A stretch of DNA of 64,000 bases from Felis catus (taxonomy: Eukaryota). This document shows, piece by piece, positions 27,091 to 39,866 of this stretch (position 1 is its first letter; each line of letters opens with the position of its first letter). Location: NCBI RefSeq assembly GCF_018350175.1, contig NC_058368.1:46812001-46876000 (forward strand), in the 5' to 3' direction. The position numbers and the translations under genes are program-made. A model generated the notes under the pieces. The model had not been told where the DNA came from, searched no databases, and saw only the letters and a list, made by a program, of their open reading frames with translations.

Positions 27091-30034
27091 AAGAAAGGAT
27101 CTGTTGTAATAATTCATCCTGTATATTAAATGGACTTTAACAGTTTTTCTCAATTACTCAATTGTTAATTCCTTTAAGGACAGGGGCATTTCATCTCGTA
27201 TCCCCATGAGTAAATGATGGAGTAAAACAAGAAGAAAGGGAAGATGGATGTTGAGTGCTAATTACATTACTGCTCTTAACTTTATTCACTATTTGGATGC
27301 TTCTAGAAGAGTTTTGAGATTACATTAACACAGCCCTGAAGGAGGGAAATTCACACATAGTCAGATAACACTATAGGAGACATTTGTTAAGGCAAAAATA
27401 ATACAACATTAAAAATATTTGGGTATTTGTCATGCTTATAAGACACTGGATTTATGCTTAATATTTTTTCATCAATATTAATAATACAATCAAGTAGCTA
27501 TAGATGAGATTTTACACAAGAGAGTCATTAATTTTTACAGATATTATCTTAAAATAACCTTGGAAATTTTGATTTCTATTGTTATTGGACAAAATTTTAT
27601 AATGCGAAAGTATTATGCTATATGTCAAGTTAGCTTTCGATTAAGGTTAATATTACTGAAATAACTACATCTGCTTTCCTCTCACTGTGATGTTTATCAC
27701 CTAATAAAAATGCTAAAGTTACCAAGGAAAGATGTTTAATTTGTTCTCACTGCTCAGTTGTATGTTGCATCCTATTTTGTAGTAAATGGCATAATGTCCC
27801 AAGTGGGCTGCCATACTGTCAGATACATTATTTATACATAACATTACTGGTTAATCAATGAACAACAAATGCAGTAGCCTTTTCTTTTCCTCTTTATTTT
27901 TAAAGTGATAGCAAGATGAAATATGCAGAAAAATATTCCATTTCTTTCTGATATTAAATAATCTTCGATGATTAAGAAAGTAAAGTCAACAAATATGAAC
28001 ATAATAATTAAACCACATGCCCTAATGCATTCTAATGAAGAATAACAATGAAGTAGTCAAATCTAAATATGGTTGCTTTTTTTTTTCTAGCAAACCATGG
28101 TAAAAACACACTTTATTACACATTGCAAACAACTAAATAAATAAGATTCCCCCCCCAAAAGGATGTATAAAACTCATCCTAGAAAAAATAAATTAAAAGA
28201 GTATTAATCATCTATTTGGAATCATAAATTCTGTATCAAACTGTGTGAAATGACAGCAAACAAAGGAGCAATGGCTTTATATGGATCACTTACCTCCTTT
28301 AAAATCTTACTGGTTGTTTGGCAATGTATCAAAATATGTTCAACTTGAATGCGTATATGGGCAAAACTTTAGCTCTTTCTGAAGTTCCTACGACCACTTA
28401 CATTTTGTGATGATACCACTGGGACAAATTTGCCTTGTATTCAGGCATTCTTCTCTTCTACCAGAAATAGTATTATAAAGTTAAAAGTTTTTAGTAAGGG
28501 CAGTTATAATAGATTATTTAGCTTTTTTCTAAAAAAATATTCTATTTGTGGCATGATGAATGTGAAATGAATGTTAAAAACTTAATTATATAATATAAAA
28601 ATGACAGCAATAATTTATTAAAGAAAATAACACTGTACAGTAGTTTGAGCTATTTAGAAACAAACATATAAACAGCTAGCTGGATTTTCATAGTACAGGT
28701 ACCTTCCTAAGCTGATAAGGGTCTTGAAATGTCCAGTTTCCAAGAGGAAGCTGTATGCTACAATAGTACATTTGAAAAAAGAGACAAAGAAATACATATA
28801 TTATCACTGATAACCAGCATTTACTGAGCCCGCTATGTGCAGAGCATTGAAGTCACATACGTATATTCTCTTAAAAGTGAATTTCAAAAGTGTCCTGATT
28901 TTATTAGGTATGATTAAGTATATTAAATAATTCCCAAATGCGTAAACATTTTTTTCCTGTGAGAATTACAATAGCATTTAGAAGCCCATATTTAAAAAAA
29001 AAAGAAAAGAGAAAAGAAAGATGGTTTGTTTTTACTTTAGCTCATTCTGTTGTGTTTTTATTAATAGAAGTTTTAGATCGATACCAAATATTCTGCTCAG
29101 TTCCAGTGATTGAATATGAATACATTATGTGCATACAAAAATAGTGATAATCTAAGTTGATACAATAGTTCATTCTGCATTAGTGTCCTAGATGGGACAA
29201 TGTTAAGAAGCAATTTAAATGAAATTCATTTAAATGTCAGCTCTCATGCTTGTGATTTTTCTATAATTGGTTATTTAATTAAAATAATTCTCATAGTCAT
29301 TAATTTAGACTAAAACTTGCTGTGCACTGACATGTTTTAATTACATGGTATTAACAAAATTGATATGCTTTAAAAAAGCATGGTTAAATTTTAAACAAGA
29401 ATAAATTAGAAATCTCATAGATCATCCTATTTAGTGTATTTATGAGAAAGTCGGTCATTTTAAATGTTTATTGCAAACAAAGTCACACGATTATTGTGCA
29501 CACGTTGCACTTTATACCCCATATCTGTTAGAAAGATTTGGTGCACATACAAGGCTCCTGTTCTTGAATGTCTTTAACAATGTATGAAGGAAACAGCATT
29601 AACTGAAAACCACAAAATGACCCACAGATAGAGGAAGAGTTCACGTGGAGGTGATACAGAAGCTCATGGAGATTTTAGATAAATAATATGATTTCATCCA
29701 TAACAAGATAACTTCAAACTTATATTAAAAGATTAAAAGAATAAATGATTTTGCTATAACCACTTTTGTGATCCTCCTTAGAGTGACAAAAGAAATAGGT
29801 ATATTGCTTCGGGCTTATTTAAGAAAAAATTAATTTTGACATTACATTTGTGAGGTTACATTTGTGACCAGTCACATTCTTGTTTCAATCTTTGTCAAAG
29901 GACTAGATAAATATTTTACCCTTTTCAAATCGCAATTACAATCTTTGTCAGGAGTATGAGAAATCAGAATTTTAGTGTTTTTTTGTGAATTAGAGGACTT
30001 CTATATTGCTTTGACCTTTTTAATATTCTGTAAT

Positions 30035-30505
30035 TTAATTGGATGGACAGTCTACTTTTACCCAAGATTGCCGGTCTTCCCATTTAATAAACTTACTGAC
30101 ACAAAGCACCATTTCAAATGGCTGCTTTTTCTTTGTTTCCTGAATCGAAGCTTTGGTACTGGTTAGAGCACTGCTTTGCCAACTGATTTTTTTCCATTTC
30201 CTTTGGAGATTTAACACTTCTTGTGTGGCCAGATGGGTTCCATTCCTTCATCTGTTTTGGATGTATGACAGTGGTGGAACCATGTTTCCAATCCAATTTC
30301 TTCACCTTTCTCTGGCTTCAGTGTAGGGCCACGAACAGAAAAGCCACGGTATGATACTCCGTGTATCACATAAAAGAAAAGGGGAGGTGTTTGCCTACAC
30401 CTTATCGCAGCCTGTGTTTACACGTTTTATACCCTGGGCCTGATCAAGGTACATCTATTATTTTGGATCATCTTCACTGTCAGGTTGGACATGGCATGGG
30501 TGGTC
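30035..30505 (-). pseudogene. Relic terminal exon
   Basis: Strong acceptor ctactttcttccccttccatgtcttcag| at 30505. DSEDDPK/NRCTLI/QGIK across frameshifts (recalled RGSL1 GDNAILRFTLLRGI). Then two overlapping shifted ORFs (30114-30305, 30035-30217). Confidence 0.55.
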
Positions 30506-32649
30506 CTGAAGACATGGAAGGGGAAGAAAGTAGTAATTACCATGTTTGTTTTTTGTAACTCAGGTTCCATTTAGATCCATCTAAGTAAGTGAAAAACTAG
30601 TTTACAGAATTCATTCTGATTCCTCCCTTCCTTCTTACCGTCTGAATCCCTGTATGTTTCTTTCTCATTCTAAATATTATAAAACTCCATATTATAAATG
30701 GGTTGGTAAGAAGAGAAAAGAAAAGTAGTGTTTGGGTTTTTATTATAGTTTTAATACTACAGAGGTAGGAATAAGTATATCTTCCTCTTCTCTATTCTTC
30801 CCTATATTTATTGTGAAGTAAATTGATTCGGTTTTCAATATGATGGAAAGTAATAAATTAACCTGTTGATGAGGAGAATCTGTTAATTCATTGAGGTATA
30901 TTTGAATAATGTCTGACTTATAATAGCTGCTCAATAAATATTGGTCGAATTAAATTCAGTGACTGAATATAATGATAATAAGCACAAAGTTCCAATTAGG
31001 TCTCTTAACACAGATGGGAGAAAACAATTATTTCGGAAAGTCGGCAATGAGCAGATGTCGAGAGAAGCCCACAAGAATTTAATCTCTGTAGATCTATTTT
31101 CCCTGATTCACAGTGGAGCTGCTATGATCCAGGTGTGCTGACTCATTGTTCAAATCTTTTCATCCCCAGATCTTTTCTGATTCCCTCATATGGCTATTAA
31201 AAATGAAAAAAAAAATCCTTAATTAATTTGTTCTGTAATTTGAGCTTTTAGCACAACTGAAATGAATTTCTTAAAGCTTAACACCAGAATTCATGATACG
31301 CAGTGAAAGAGCGAGAGATTTGACTACTGGCTCTGACTCCTCTGAGTCAAATGGCAAATTATTTCTTTGCAAGCTTCTTTATCTTAAAATTGTTATCCTC
31401 CAATAATGTCTACCTTGTAGGGTCTATATTTGGTTACTACTATTATCCTGATATTGTTCATCCCTTTATTAAATTCTTTTTGCGATTCTGATGCTTTCCC
31501 TATCTGCCTTCCCATTCTTTATAAGAACGAAGAAGCCTAGTTGACTGGCTGTTCAGTTGACGTGGGCAGTGTTCTAAGACAAGTCCAGGTACGTTTAACG
31601 GTACCATCATGACTGATGTGAGGCTCACCCATGCGGGCCATGATTAAGCACATCATCTGGAAACCATGCCGAAGCATAAGAGACATTTTTTGTTCAAACT
31701 AGAACATCTCCTTTAAATCATAAGTCCTTGGTTTTGACTGGTAGAGGTGATGAGCAGGCATGAGACTATAGCCACACAGTGCTGAGAATTATTCAGAAGA
31801 TTATGTCATCATTATAGAATCTGTGTATCAGGATCATGCTAGGCGACACTTTAATGTAACTGGAAAATTATAAAGAGTGTGCTAAAAGCCAACAGATATC
31901 TGCATGGTTATTTAAACTTGTTTTTCTCAAATCCATGAATTCACACACAAAGACACACAAAATTTAGCCAGATGTTCAGACATATTGTTGAAAGGATAAC
32001 AAAATATGTACCCATACTTACCCATTTTTTTGCTGTGAAAATGTTCCCTAAGCTAGAAGATTAATGCTGATTCTTAGTTCCATATTACCTTCTACAATAG
32101 GGGTACCCTTTTGATAAAGTGACACTTTTAGCAAATTGTATCTTACTGCAACTTAATCATAATCATCTGTATAGTTGGTACAACATGAATAATTCCTTCA
32201 AATTTATGTTTTTTAATAAAAGATTTTATTATATTTGAATTTGATAAAGTGCATCAGATGATTACATTTAGTGATAGTTTACAATAAACAGAACTGAGAT
32301 GTAATATGGATCCACAATGAACTGTCATCTTACCCATATATCCATAGGCCTATAATTTTTATCTGCCCATTCTGTGTTCTTTTACCTCCTTTTCTTCTTC
32401 CCTTTCATAAATGGTGAGAAGCAGAGATGAAGAGAGATAGCAGTAGTGATTAGGATGAGATAATATAACTAACTCTAGTAGCTTCCAGCAAATTTTTGGT
32501 ATCCGCACCATACTGAGGGAGTGTCAAACTCAGGACTGTTATGTCTATAAGAGGCAGAGATGCATGTTAAATGGTTTAAGTTCAATATCTCACATAACTG
32601 ACTTTTAAAAATAATTGTGGATAATCATAAAACAGAGAGAGCTTCTGCA

Positions 32650-33010
32650 GATGGACTCAAATGACAATTTAATGGAAAAAATGGGCAGAGGATAAGGGCG
32701 GATAATTCACAGAAAATATTTGCAAGTTATAATAAACACAGAAAAGATACTCGATGTTATTAGTAGCCTGAGAAATTAAAATCAAAATATTGAAATAACA
32801 GTTCCTGATCCGGCAGATGCGCAAAAATTAAAAATAGAAATAATACCTAGTTTTGGTGAGGATGTGGGGAAACAGACCATCTCATTGAAAAGTTTAAAAT
32901 GTGGATGTGCTATGATCTAACAATTTGACCCTTAGGGATCTATTCAACAGAAAAATAGTCACCTATGAGCACAAACGTACACGTACAAGGTTAGCCATTG
33001 CATTGTCTTT
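32650..33010 (+). mobile_element. Old LINE-1 (L1ME-like) fragment
   Basis: gaaaaaatgggcagaggat...aattcacaga; ttggtgaggatgtggggaaacag. Confidence 0.6.
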
Positions 33011-33679
33011 AGCAAACTTTCATAGCCTCACAAACAGAGAAATCATTTTTGGAAGCCTGTTCTGTTTATATAACATTGTGAGAAAAAGAACACATTGAGA
33101 AGATTAAGTAATTAAATCTGGATTCTTGATTTAGAGGTAAGAAGCATTAGGAAATGCCACATGTAAAACATGTTTTGAAAGATTGCATTAAAAAAGTGCC
33201 TTGCTCACTAAAGTCTCATTTGCTAACTTCCAGGTAGCAAAACTTATGGTGTTTAACCTTATTTCTGGCATACCTGGAATTTTTTTCTGTAACTTCTATA
33301 AATATAGTTCTACTTGTATCAATAAGGACCTTTTGCATTGCCAATCTCATCAAGCAGACATCCCCATAGCAGTCAAAAGAGAATGTTTCCTTCCCCTCCC
33401 CTGGATGGGTAGAGAGGAATTAGTCAGAAACTAATCTATTCATATATTTAAGAAAGATACCTTACACCTGTCTGGGTCTGAGTGCTCAGATATATTTTGG
33501 AAATACTCAGATGAAGACATAGTTCTGTTTTCAAGACATTCACAGTGTAGATATATAATTGTACGTGTAATTGGCATGACCAGCACCAAGTGTAAAAAGG
33601 ATCCCACCTTTTTTTTTTAAGTTAAAATCTACTCAGATGCTTATTTGCACAAAATCCTTAAAATGTTCAGTATATTTTG

Positions 33680-33830
33680 GGGCCTCCAACCATATCCATA
33701 AATAGTCCAAGAACAAGAGAGAGCTTCCTCAGTCCAAAGGTACAAGTCCTGTTTCCAATCGCCCCTTAGAGAAGGAACTGAAGAACTTTCTCAGTTCCCT
33801 GATGGTTCCCTTATATTAGAATGTCCTTAT
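33680..33830 (-). pseudogene. Possible relic exon (end of last RGS-like domain)
   Basis: Frameshifted NIRE/EKVL/SFSKGRLETGL...LLFLDYLWIW; compare recalled RGSL1 VNVPE...AILAAITEGYLDRSVF...MYFW. Confidence 0.38.
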
Positions 33831-34514
33831 TTCTTTCTCTAACACATGATACCATTATTGAACATGGGTGGCTCAGCCCAGCTTGAGGCAGGGTATCAGA
33901 CGATTGTGAAGGAGGGTAGAAGCCTGGAAACGACAATCTCAAAGCTTTGAGAAAGGTCCTATTTTTATAACAGCTGAGACTTGAGTTCACATTTGGTGCA
34001 TGTCATCCTTTGTTGGGAGAACCATTTGAATGAATTTTCAGTTATTCAATATTAAATTTTAAATATTCTGTGGATTTTCTTCGTTCAGACAAAGATTGAT
34101 TTTCTAGTTCAAGGTTGGTCTGAAACTGAGAACACATACTTCTATCAGTTAAACAAATTCAGGTTTTTTTGCTATCTACTACCGCTCTTAGGCCTAGTGG
34201 GGGGCAGAGAGGCATGTGTGTGGGTGTGGGTGTGTTTATAGGGTAATGATTAGGTACTGGATCTGCTTGTCTAGACTGGGAAGTAGATGGATCCACCAGG
34301 CATATTAGCAAAGACTAGAGTGTATATTCTACTACATCAGACTGTCTAAAGGAAAGGTCCAGAGTGGCTTTTAGATGGCTACCTGGGAGTCACTGCGACA
34401 GAATCCAAAACAAGCACACTATGATTAAACTGTAGTGTTCCTTTTATAACTTAGGGCCCAGAAATGTTAGCTAATTTATGAGACAACCTAGTAACCAAAG
34501 GCAAAGACCCCATT

Positions 34515-34726
34515 CAGGATTGCTAAACTTAGCAAATAAAATACTGGAGACTCAGTTAAATTTCAATTTCAGATAAACAATAATAATTTCCAATGTAAAT
34601 TTGTCCAAAATATTGTATGAGATAGGCTTATATATTTAAAAAACTATCAATTGTTCACCTGAATTTCAAATTTAACTGTATTTTTGCTGTATTTTATGTG
34701 TCCTGTATTTTTATCTGGCAAACCCA
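34515..34726. mobile_element. MER53-like palindromic MITE
   Basis: Long inverted arms cagttaaatttcaatttcagataaacaa / ttgttcacctgaatttcaaatttaactg; end ttatctggcaaaccc. Confidence 0.82.
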
Positions 34727-34765
34727 GCCTCACTATACACTAATTCCCTTGAAAAAGGAATTTTC

Positions 34766-34980
34766 GGGGCGCCTGGGTGGCTCAGTCGGTTGAGCGTCCG
34801 ACTTCGTTCAGGTCACGATCTCACGGTCTGTGAGTTCGAGCCCCGCATCAGGCTCTGTGCCGACAGCTCAGAACCTGGAGCCTGCTTCAGATTCTGTGTC
34901 TCCCTCTCTCTCTGGCCCTCCCCCCATTCATGCTCTGTCTCTCTCTGTCTCAAAAATAAATAAATGTTAACAAAAAAAAT
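34766..34980 (+). mobile_element. Feline CAN-SINE
   Basis: TSD ttgaaaaaggaattttc at 34749-34765 and 34981-34997. Confidence 0.97.
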
Positions 34981-35385
34981 TTGAAAAAGGAATTTTCATG
35001 GTATTTTAGGTTCAGTGGATAGATCCACTCAAGCTCATTGCCAAACAGTTTCTCCCCTATTTTAAGTTTGGAGTGTGGAAAAGATAAGCACTCAGTTTTC
35101 TTGGCCATCTTTTTGTAGGAGTAACTAAGTGTTAATTATGGCTAGTCAGAAATGTGAAAAGTCCTCTATGAAAAGTTCCGTTCTAGAATAAAAAGACAGT
35201 ACTTCCCAAGGAAAAGATTTTTTGATCTTTCTACCTTTTTCCTGTTTGTGACTCAGAAGCAATGGCTGTAAGTCCAGCAGCCCTCTTGTATCATGAGGTG
35301 ACACACATGAGGACAAAGGTCTACACATTGATGCAGAAACCCTGACCCAGGTGATCAATTAGTTACTCTACCTGCCCTAGACTAT

Positions 35386-35552
35386 CAGAGAGAGACAGAG
35401 AGAGAGGAAGGGTCAGAGAGAGAGCATCCCAAGAAGGCTCCACACTGACAGCACAGAGCCCAATGCGGCGCTTGAAACCACAAACCATGAGACATTAGCC
35501 TGAGCTGAAATCAAGAGTCAGAGGCTAACCGATAGAGCCACCCAGGTACCCC
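35386..35552 (-). mobile_element. Older CAN-SINE
   Basis: Reverse head ...gagccacccaggtacccc. Confidence 0.85.
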
Positions 35553-35877
35553 TCAGACTTCTTGTTACCAGACAGAAAATAATTCTTATCTCTTAAAACT
35601 ATTACATTGAATTTTCTATTATTTGTAGATGATTGAGATCCTTACTGATACCTCTTGGAACTATAGAGTTTCTTAGCTTCAAATAATGAAAAAAAAATTA
35701 AGTTTGGGAACAAGAGTGATATCACGGGTGAGTTAATTTACTTTCCTAGAGATTCTTTGAGCGGAGGAGAGAGGGCCATATAAGAAATCTAACATCAGAA
35801 TCCTAGAAGCCCCTATGGTTGGAGAGATATGGGCAGAAGTTTTTTTTTGTTTTGTTTTGTTTTGTTTTTTTTTTTTA

Positions 35878-36152
35878 TGAGAAACTTGGTGAGAGAGCAC
35901 GTAAGAAAACAGGGTTAGGAACAATGGAATTGTTTGAGAGACTTTGTGAAATTTTGGATATCAAAAGAGCTTCTTCTGGGCTAAGGGAAAGACTGTGGAC
36001 AGAATTAAAGACTGTTCTCAGAACATTTGCAAAGAAAACACCACTTCTCTGGCACTTAAGTTTGGTAGTTTGGAGAATGTCCAGAGGCAGCATCTTTGGC
36101 ATGACCACTGGCCTTCTCACAAGGACATCCTCATCAGAGGCAGAAACGGGGC
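35878..36152 (-). pseudogene. Best-preserved relic exon (91 open codons)
   Basis: Acceptor tcatctatttcctacaag| at 36152. Open frame PVSASDEDVLVRRPVVMPK...FANVLRTVFNSVHSLSLSPEEALLISKISQSLSNNSIVPNPVFLR; compare recalled RGSL1 EITLVKRR...FNDLVSSAHML...NENDVILMRSK...IPPKLR. Confidence 0.62.
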
Positions 36153-37293
36153 CTTGTAGGAAATAGATGAAAACATTCTAGAACCAGAACAAAAGAATAG
36201 ACACCATGTGGTGAGGAGACTGACAGGCTGACCTGTGAGCACATGAGAAATGTCCCTTGAGGAAATCCCAGTAGTAACAGAGGGACATTTTGAAGTACAC
36301 TGAAGTTAAGTTTTTCCACAGGCTGAGGAATTTGATCCACTGCTTTTGGTGTTATAAGTTCATGGGTATTTTAGCATAGCCTTTTGACAGGGCAATATTC
36401 CTGTTGACCCAGAATTTTTAGATGTATTTATGCTCCTCTAAAACTGAGATATACATGTGGTGTGTGTCTATATTCTTTGAATAATTCTGCAAATTGCATT
36501 ATAATCAATTGGTGGAATGTCTACTTCTCTTGTTACCTTAGTTTAGGTGCTGTTCATCATTTATCTGAGTTTTTACCTAATTGACCTTTATGCTTTCCTC
36601 CTTAGCTTTCTCAAATCCATGCTGTACTCTGCTACCAGATCACGTCAGTTCCATATCTAAAACTCTTCAGTGATTCTCTTTTCATATAAAGCCCAAGTTA
36701 AATAACTTCCACAATTTGCCCTTTGCTTCCTTTACAGCTTGATCCTCCAATATTCCTAAAGTATTCTCTTATACCCCAGCCATGTAACCACTTCCTGAAC
36801 ACTTTGTGTCATTTTCCTCATTGGCAAATTCTTTTCTCACTGCATGAAACTCTTTTTTTTTTTTTTTTTTTTGTCTTTTTGCCTACTTAACTTACTCCCA
36901 CAGATTTTTCAAACACATTCCCAAAGTGATTTTCTTTATTAAGTCTTTTCGGGACCTATCAGAGAGAATAAGTTATACCCAGTGCTGTGCTCCTAATAAT
37001 GTGTGCACATCCCCATATTGAACTCATCACTTAGTATTATAATTATTTGATTGCATGTCTCTTCCATTATATCATGAGTTCCTTGAAGGCAACTAATTTG
37101 ATTTTTGACCTCTTTTTAAAACCAGCTTCTAAATAGTAGGTGTTTAATAATTTTTAATTATATAAATGAATGACTCATACTCTTGAAAATAAACTCCACA
37201 CCAGGTCTTGTTACTTCCACAAGCCAAGTATTTCTCAATTTGGTTTCTCTCCATTCCAACCACTAACTACTACCAGGGATTAGAACTTCAGCT

Positions 37294-37509
37294 CTGCCTG
37301 GGTGGCTCAGTTGGTTTAGCGTCCGACTTTGACTCAAGTCAATATCTCATGGTTCGTGGGTTCAAGCCCGAATCTGGATCTGTGTTGATAGATAGCTCAG
37401 AGCCTGGAGCCTGCTTCAGATTCTGTGTCTCCCTCACTCTCTGCCCCTCCCCTGTTTGTGTTCCGTCCCTCTCTGTCCCTCAAAAATTAATAAATGTTAA
37501 AAAAATAAA
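37294..37509 (+). mobile_element. CAN-SINE
   Basis: Consensus body; agaacttca on both flanks. Confidence 0.9.
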
Positions 37510-37679
37510 AGAACTTCATCAGCTAGCTTCAGAATATTTCCATAGCTAGTGCTTTTGTCTTCCTTCCATCAGAAGTGTTTTAAAAAGTGAAATTATTTGA
37601 GATTTGTGGTTGCAGAAAAATAAACCTGGTGGCTTTGTAGAAATTGGACTGTGGCTGATGAAGGAAGGAGAAAGCAAGC

Positions 37680-37778
37680 CAGTCCAGTTTTCACAGAGCT
37701 ACGAGTCATTTTTCTAAAACCCACAATTCTGTACACATAATTTCCCTTTTTAAAATACTTCCAATGGAAAATCATGAG
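37680..37778 (-). pseudogene. Possible short relic exon
   Basis: cttag| at 37778, then MIFHWKYFKKGNYVYRIVGFRKMT. Positionally equivalent to recalled RGSL1 GWMRMISFIRSFCKYRRFM. Weak. Confidence 0.3.
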
Positions 37779-38059
37779 CTAAGCATGTACTTAGACATAT
37801 TGTGTCTCACCTAGTTTTCTGTTGAGGTTATTAAATTCACAGAGAAAGAGAAAAGTTAGGGTTACAAATGGAATTCAATGCAGGATTTTATTTAGCTGAC
37901 TACCTCAACTTTGGGGTTTTCATTGAGTCAGTGGAGGTGATCCCGATAGACCACAGGGATGCCTTGCCTTTTCTTCTTCCACTGTGCAAGACACCAGAGG
38001 AGGAAAACAGACTCTTTTGTCATCAGGTACACTCAGTAAGATATTTACACCCAAGTTTT

Positions 38060-38200
38060 ATTATTTGAGCCCTTGGTCAGGACCAGTAATCCTTCAGCAG
38101 CCAGTCTTCCTCAAGGAGGTCCAGTCTGCTGAGCTAAACTGATCTAAATCAATACCGCTGGCAGAAGACCTAGCTCCACCATCCCTCCATGCCCTGGGAA
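38060..38200 (-). pseudogene. Relic exon, RGS C-terminal helices
   Basis: ISLAQQ/(frameshift)LDLLEEDWLLKDYW at 38124-38083; compare recalled RGSL1 KSIEEKWFKDY. Confidence 0.65.
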
Positions 38201-39206
38201 AAAGCCTTCAAACCATTGGGCTCTCAGTTGAAAAACCCAACCTGCCAACCTGCCAAGCTGAGCTGGAAGCTCTCCCAGCTCACTTTCCCTGGCATCCATC
38301 TACCTCAATTTAGGGAAGCAGCCTTCTCCTTCATTCATCTCCAACATCCCTGGAAGGAGAATTGTCCTTATTTGCTAATGACCCGGTAGCAACTAATGAC
38401 CAGAAAGCACTACAATTGGACTCACACTACATAGAGAACAAGGGAATTCATTGTTGCTAATGATGCTGTTACTTATGTGAGAGCTAGCACTATTTGCGTG
38501 CTTACTATGTACCAAGCACTGGGTAAGTGTTTTATATATTTAATCACCAAAACTCCATGCATTTGGTATTATTATTGACTTTATTTTACAAATGAAAAAA
38601 AACAGAGGTATATTATCTAGATAGTAAGTAAAGAATTGGAATTTAAACCCAGGAGGTCTTAACCAAATTGGCTATCCAACTTTCTGCTGGCAATTGCATG
38701 CCAGTGTTTGAAGGTATGATCGTACATTGAAGACTCACTGGGTATATAAAGAGAGTGAGCAACACACATGAGAGGGATCGATCCACGCAATTAGATCAGG
38801 CGTCACCCACTGACATAGTAACGGAATGGACAGAATAAAACTTGAGATGTCCACTCTTCAGTGTATGTGGCAATTGAAAGATTATTGCAACAACAATTTA
38901 ATTAATTGTATCCAGACTGCTACACTGGGAACAAATAAAAAAAATCGAAGGAAAAGACTTTTGTAGAATCTAAAACATTAAAATAAACCCTTCAGTGGAC
39001 TGAGGAAATAGTGGAACAGATGTGGTGCCCATCAGAATTACTGATCCTAAAATCCAACTTGAGAAATTATACCAGACTAAAAAGAAATGAACAGCAAATT
39101 ATGAGAGAAAAGATAAGACGTAGATAAAAAAGGAGAAAAAAGGGTATGAGCACAAAATTATTTTCTGGATTGAAAGAGCAAGTGGGACTTTGAGTATAAA
39201 AGACTC

Positions 39207-39450
39207 GGGGCGCCTGGGTGGCGCAGTCGGTTAAGCGTCCGACTTCAGCCAGGTCACGATCTCGCGGTCTGTGAGTTCGAGCCCCGCATTCAGGCTCTGG
39301 GCTGATGGCTCGGAGCCTGGAGCCTGTTTCCGATTCTGTGTCTCCCTCTCTCTCTGCCCCTCCCCCGTTCATGCTCTGTCTCTCTCTGTCCCAAAAATAA
39401 ATAAAAAAACGTTGAAAAAAAAAATTTTTTTTTTAAAAATAATAAAAAAA
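39207..39450 (+). mobile_element. Young feline CAN-SINE
   Basis: Near-consensus; TSD aaaagactc at 39198-39206 and 39451-39459. Confidence 0.97.
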
Positions 39451-39489
39451 AAAAGACTCAACAATGTCAGGCAATAATGTTTTTACAAA

Positions 39490-39866
39490 GCATATTTTTT
39501 AAAACCTTCAAGGAAGTACTCCAGCCCAATAAAAATTTATTTTGATAGAGTTTTTCATTTTTTTAAAGTCAATTTTTTTTAATTTTTAATTTTTTAACGT
39601 TTATTTGTTTTTGAGACAGAGAGAGACAGGGCATGAACGGGGGAGGGTCAGAGAGAGGGAGACACAGAATCTGAAACAGGCTCCAGGCTCCGAGCCATCA
39701 GCACAGAGCCCGACGCGGGGCTCGAACTCACGGACCGCGAGATCATGACCTGAGGCGAAGTGGGCGCTTAACCGACTGAGCCTCCCAGGGCGCCCCAAGA
39801 TAAAGTTTTTCAGATAGAAGAAATAAGTGATTAGGAAGCTTGCCGAGCAAAGAAACATTTTAAGCC
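39490..39866 (-). pseudogene. Relic exon split by a CAN-SINE
   Basis: Acceptor atttttttttcag| at 39866. LKMFLCSASFLITYFFYLKNFI [SINE] LTLK/(frameshift)NEKLYQNKF/GLEYFLEG; compare recalled RGSL1 TNEKICKSLI..KTFFQG. Confidence 0.5.
39573..39796 (-). mobile_element. Feline CAN-SINE
   Basis: Reverse consensus ending cccagggcgcccc; no clean long TSD. Confidence 0.95.

Noticed and set aside
35819..36166. 115-aa plus-strand ORF
   Set aside because: It runs through a T-rich simple repeat and is the antisense shadow of the minus-strand relic exon.
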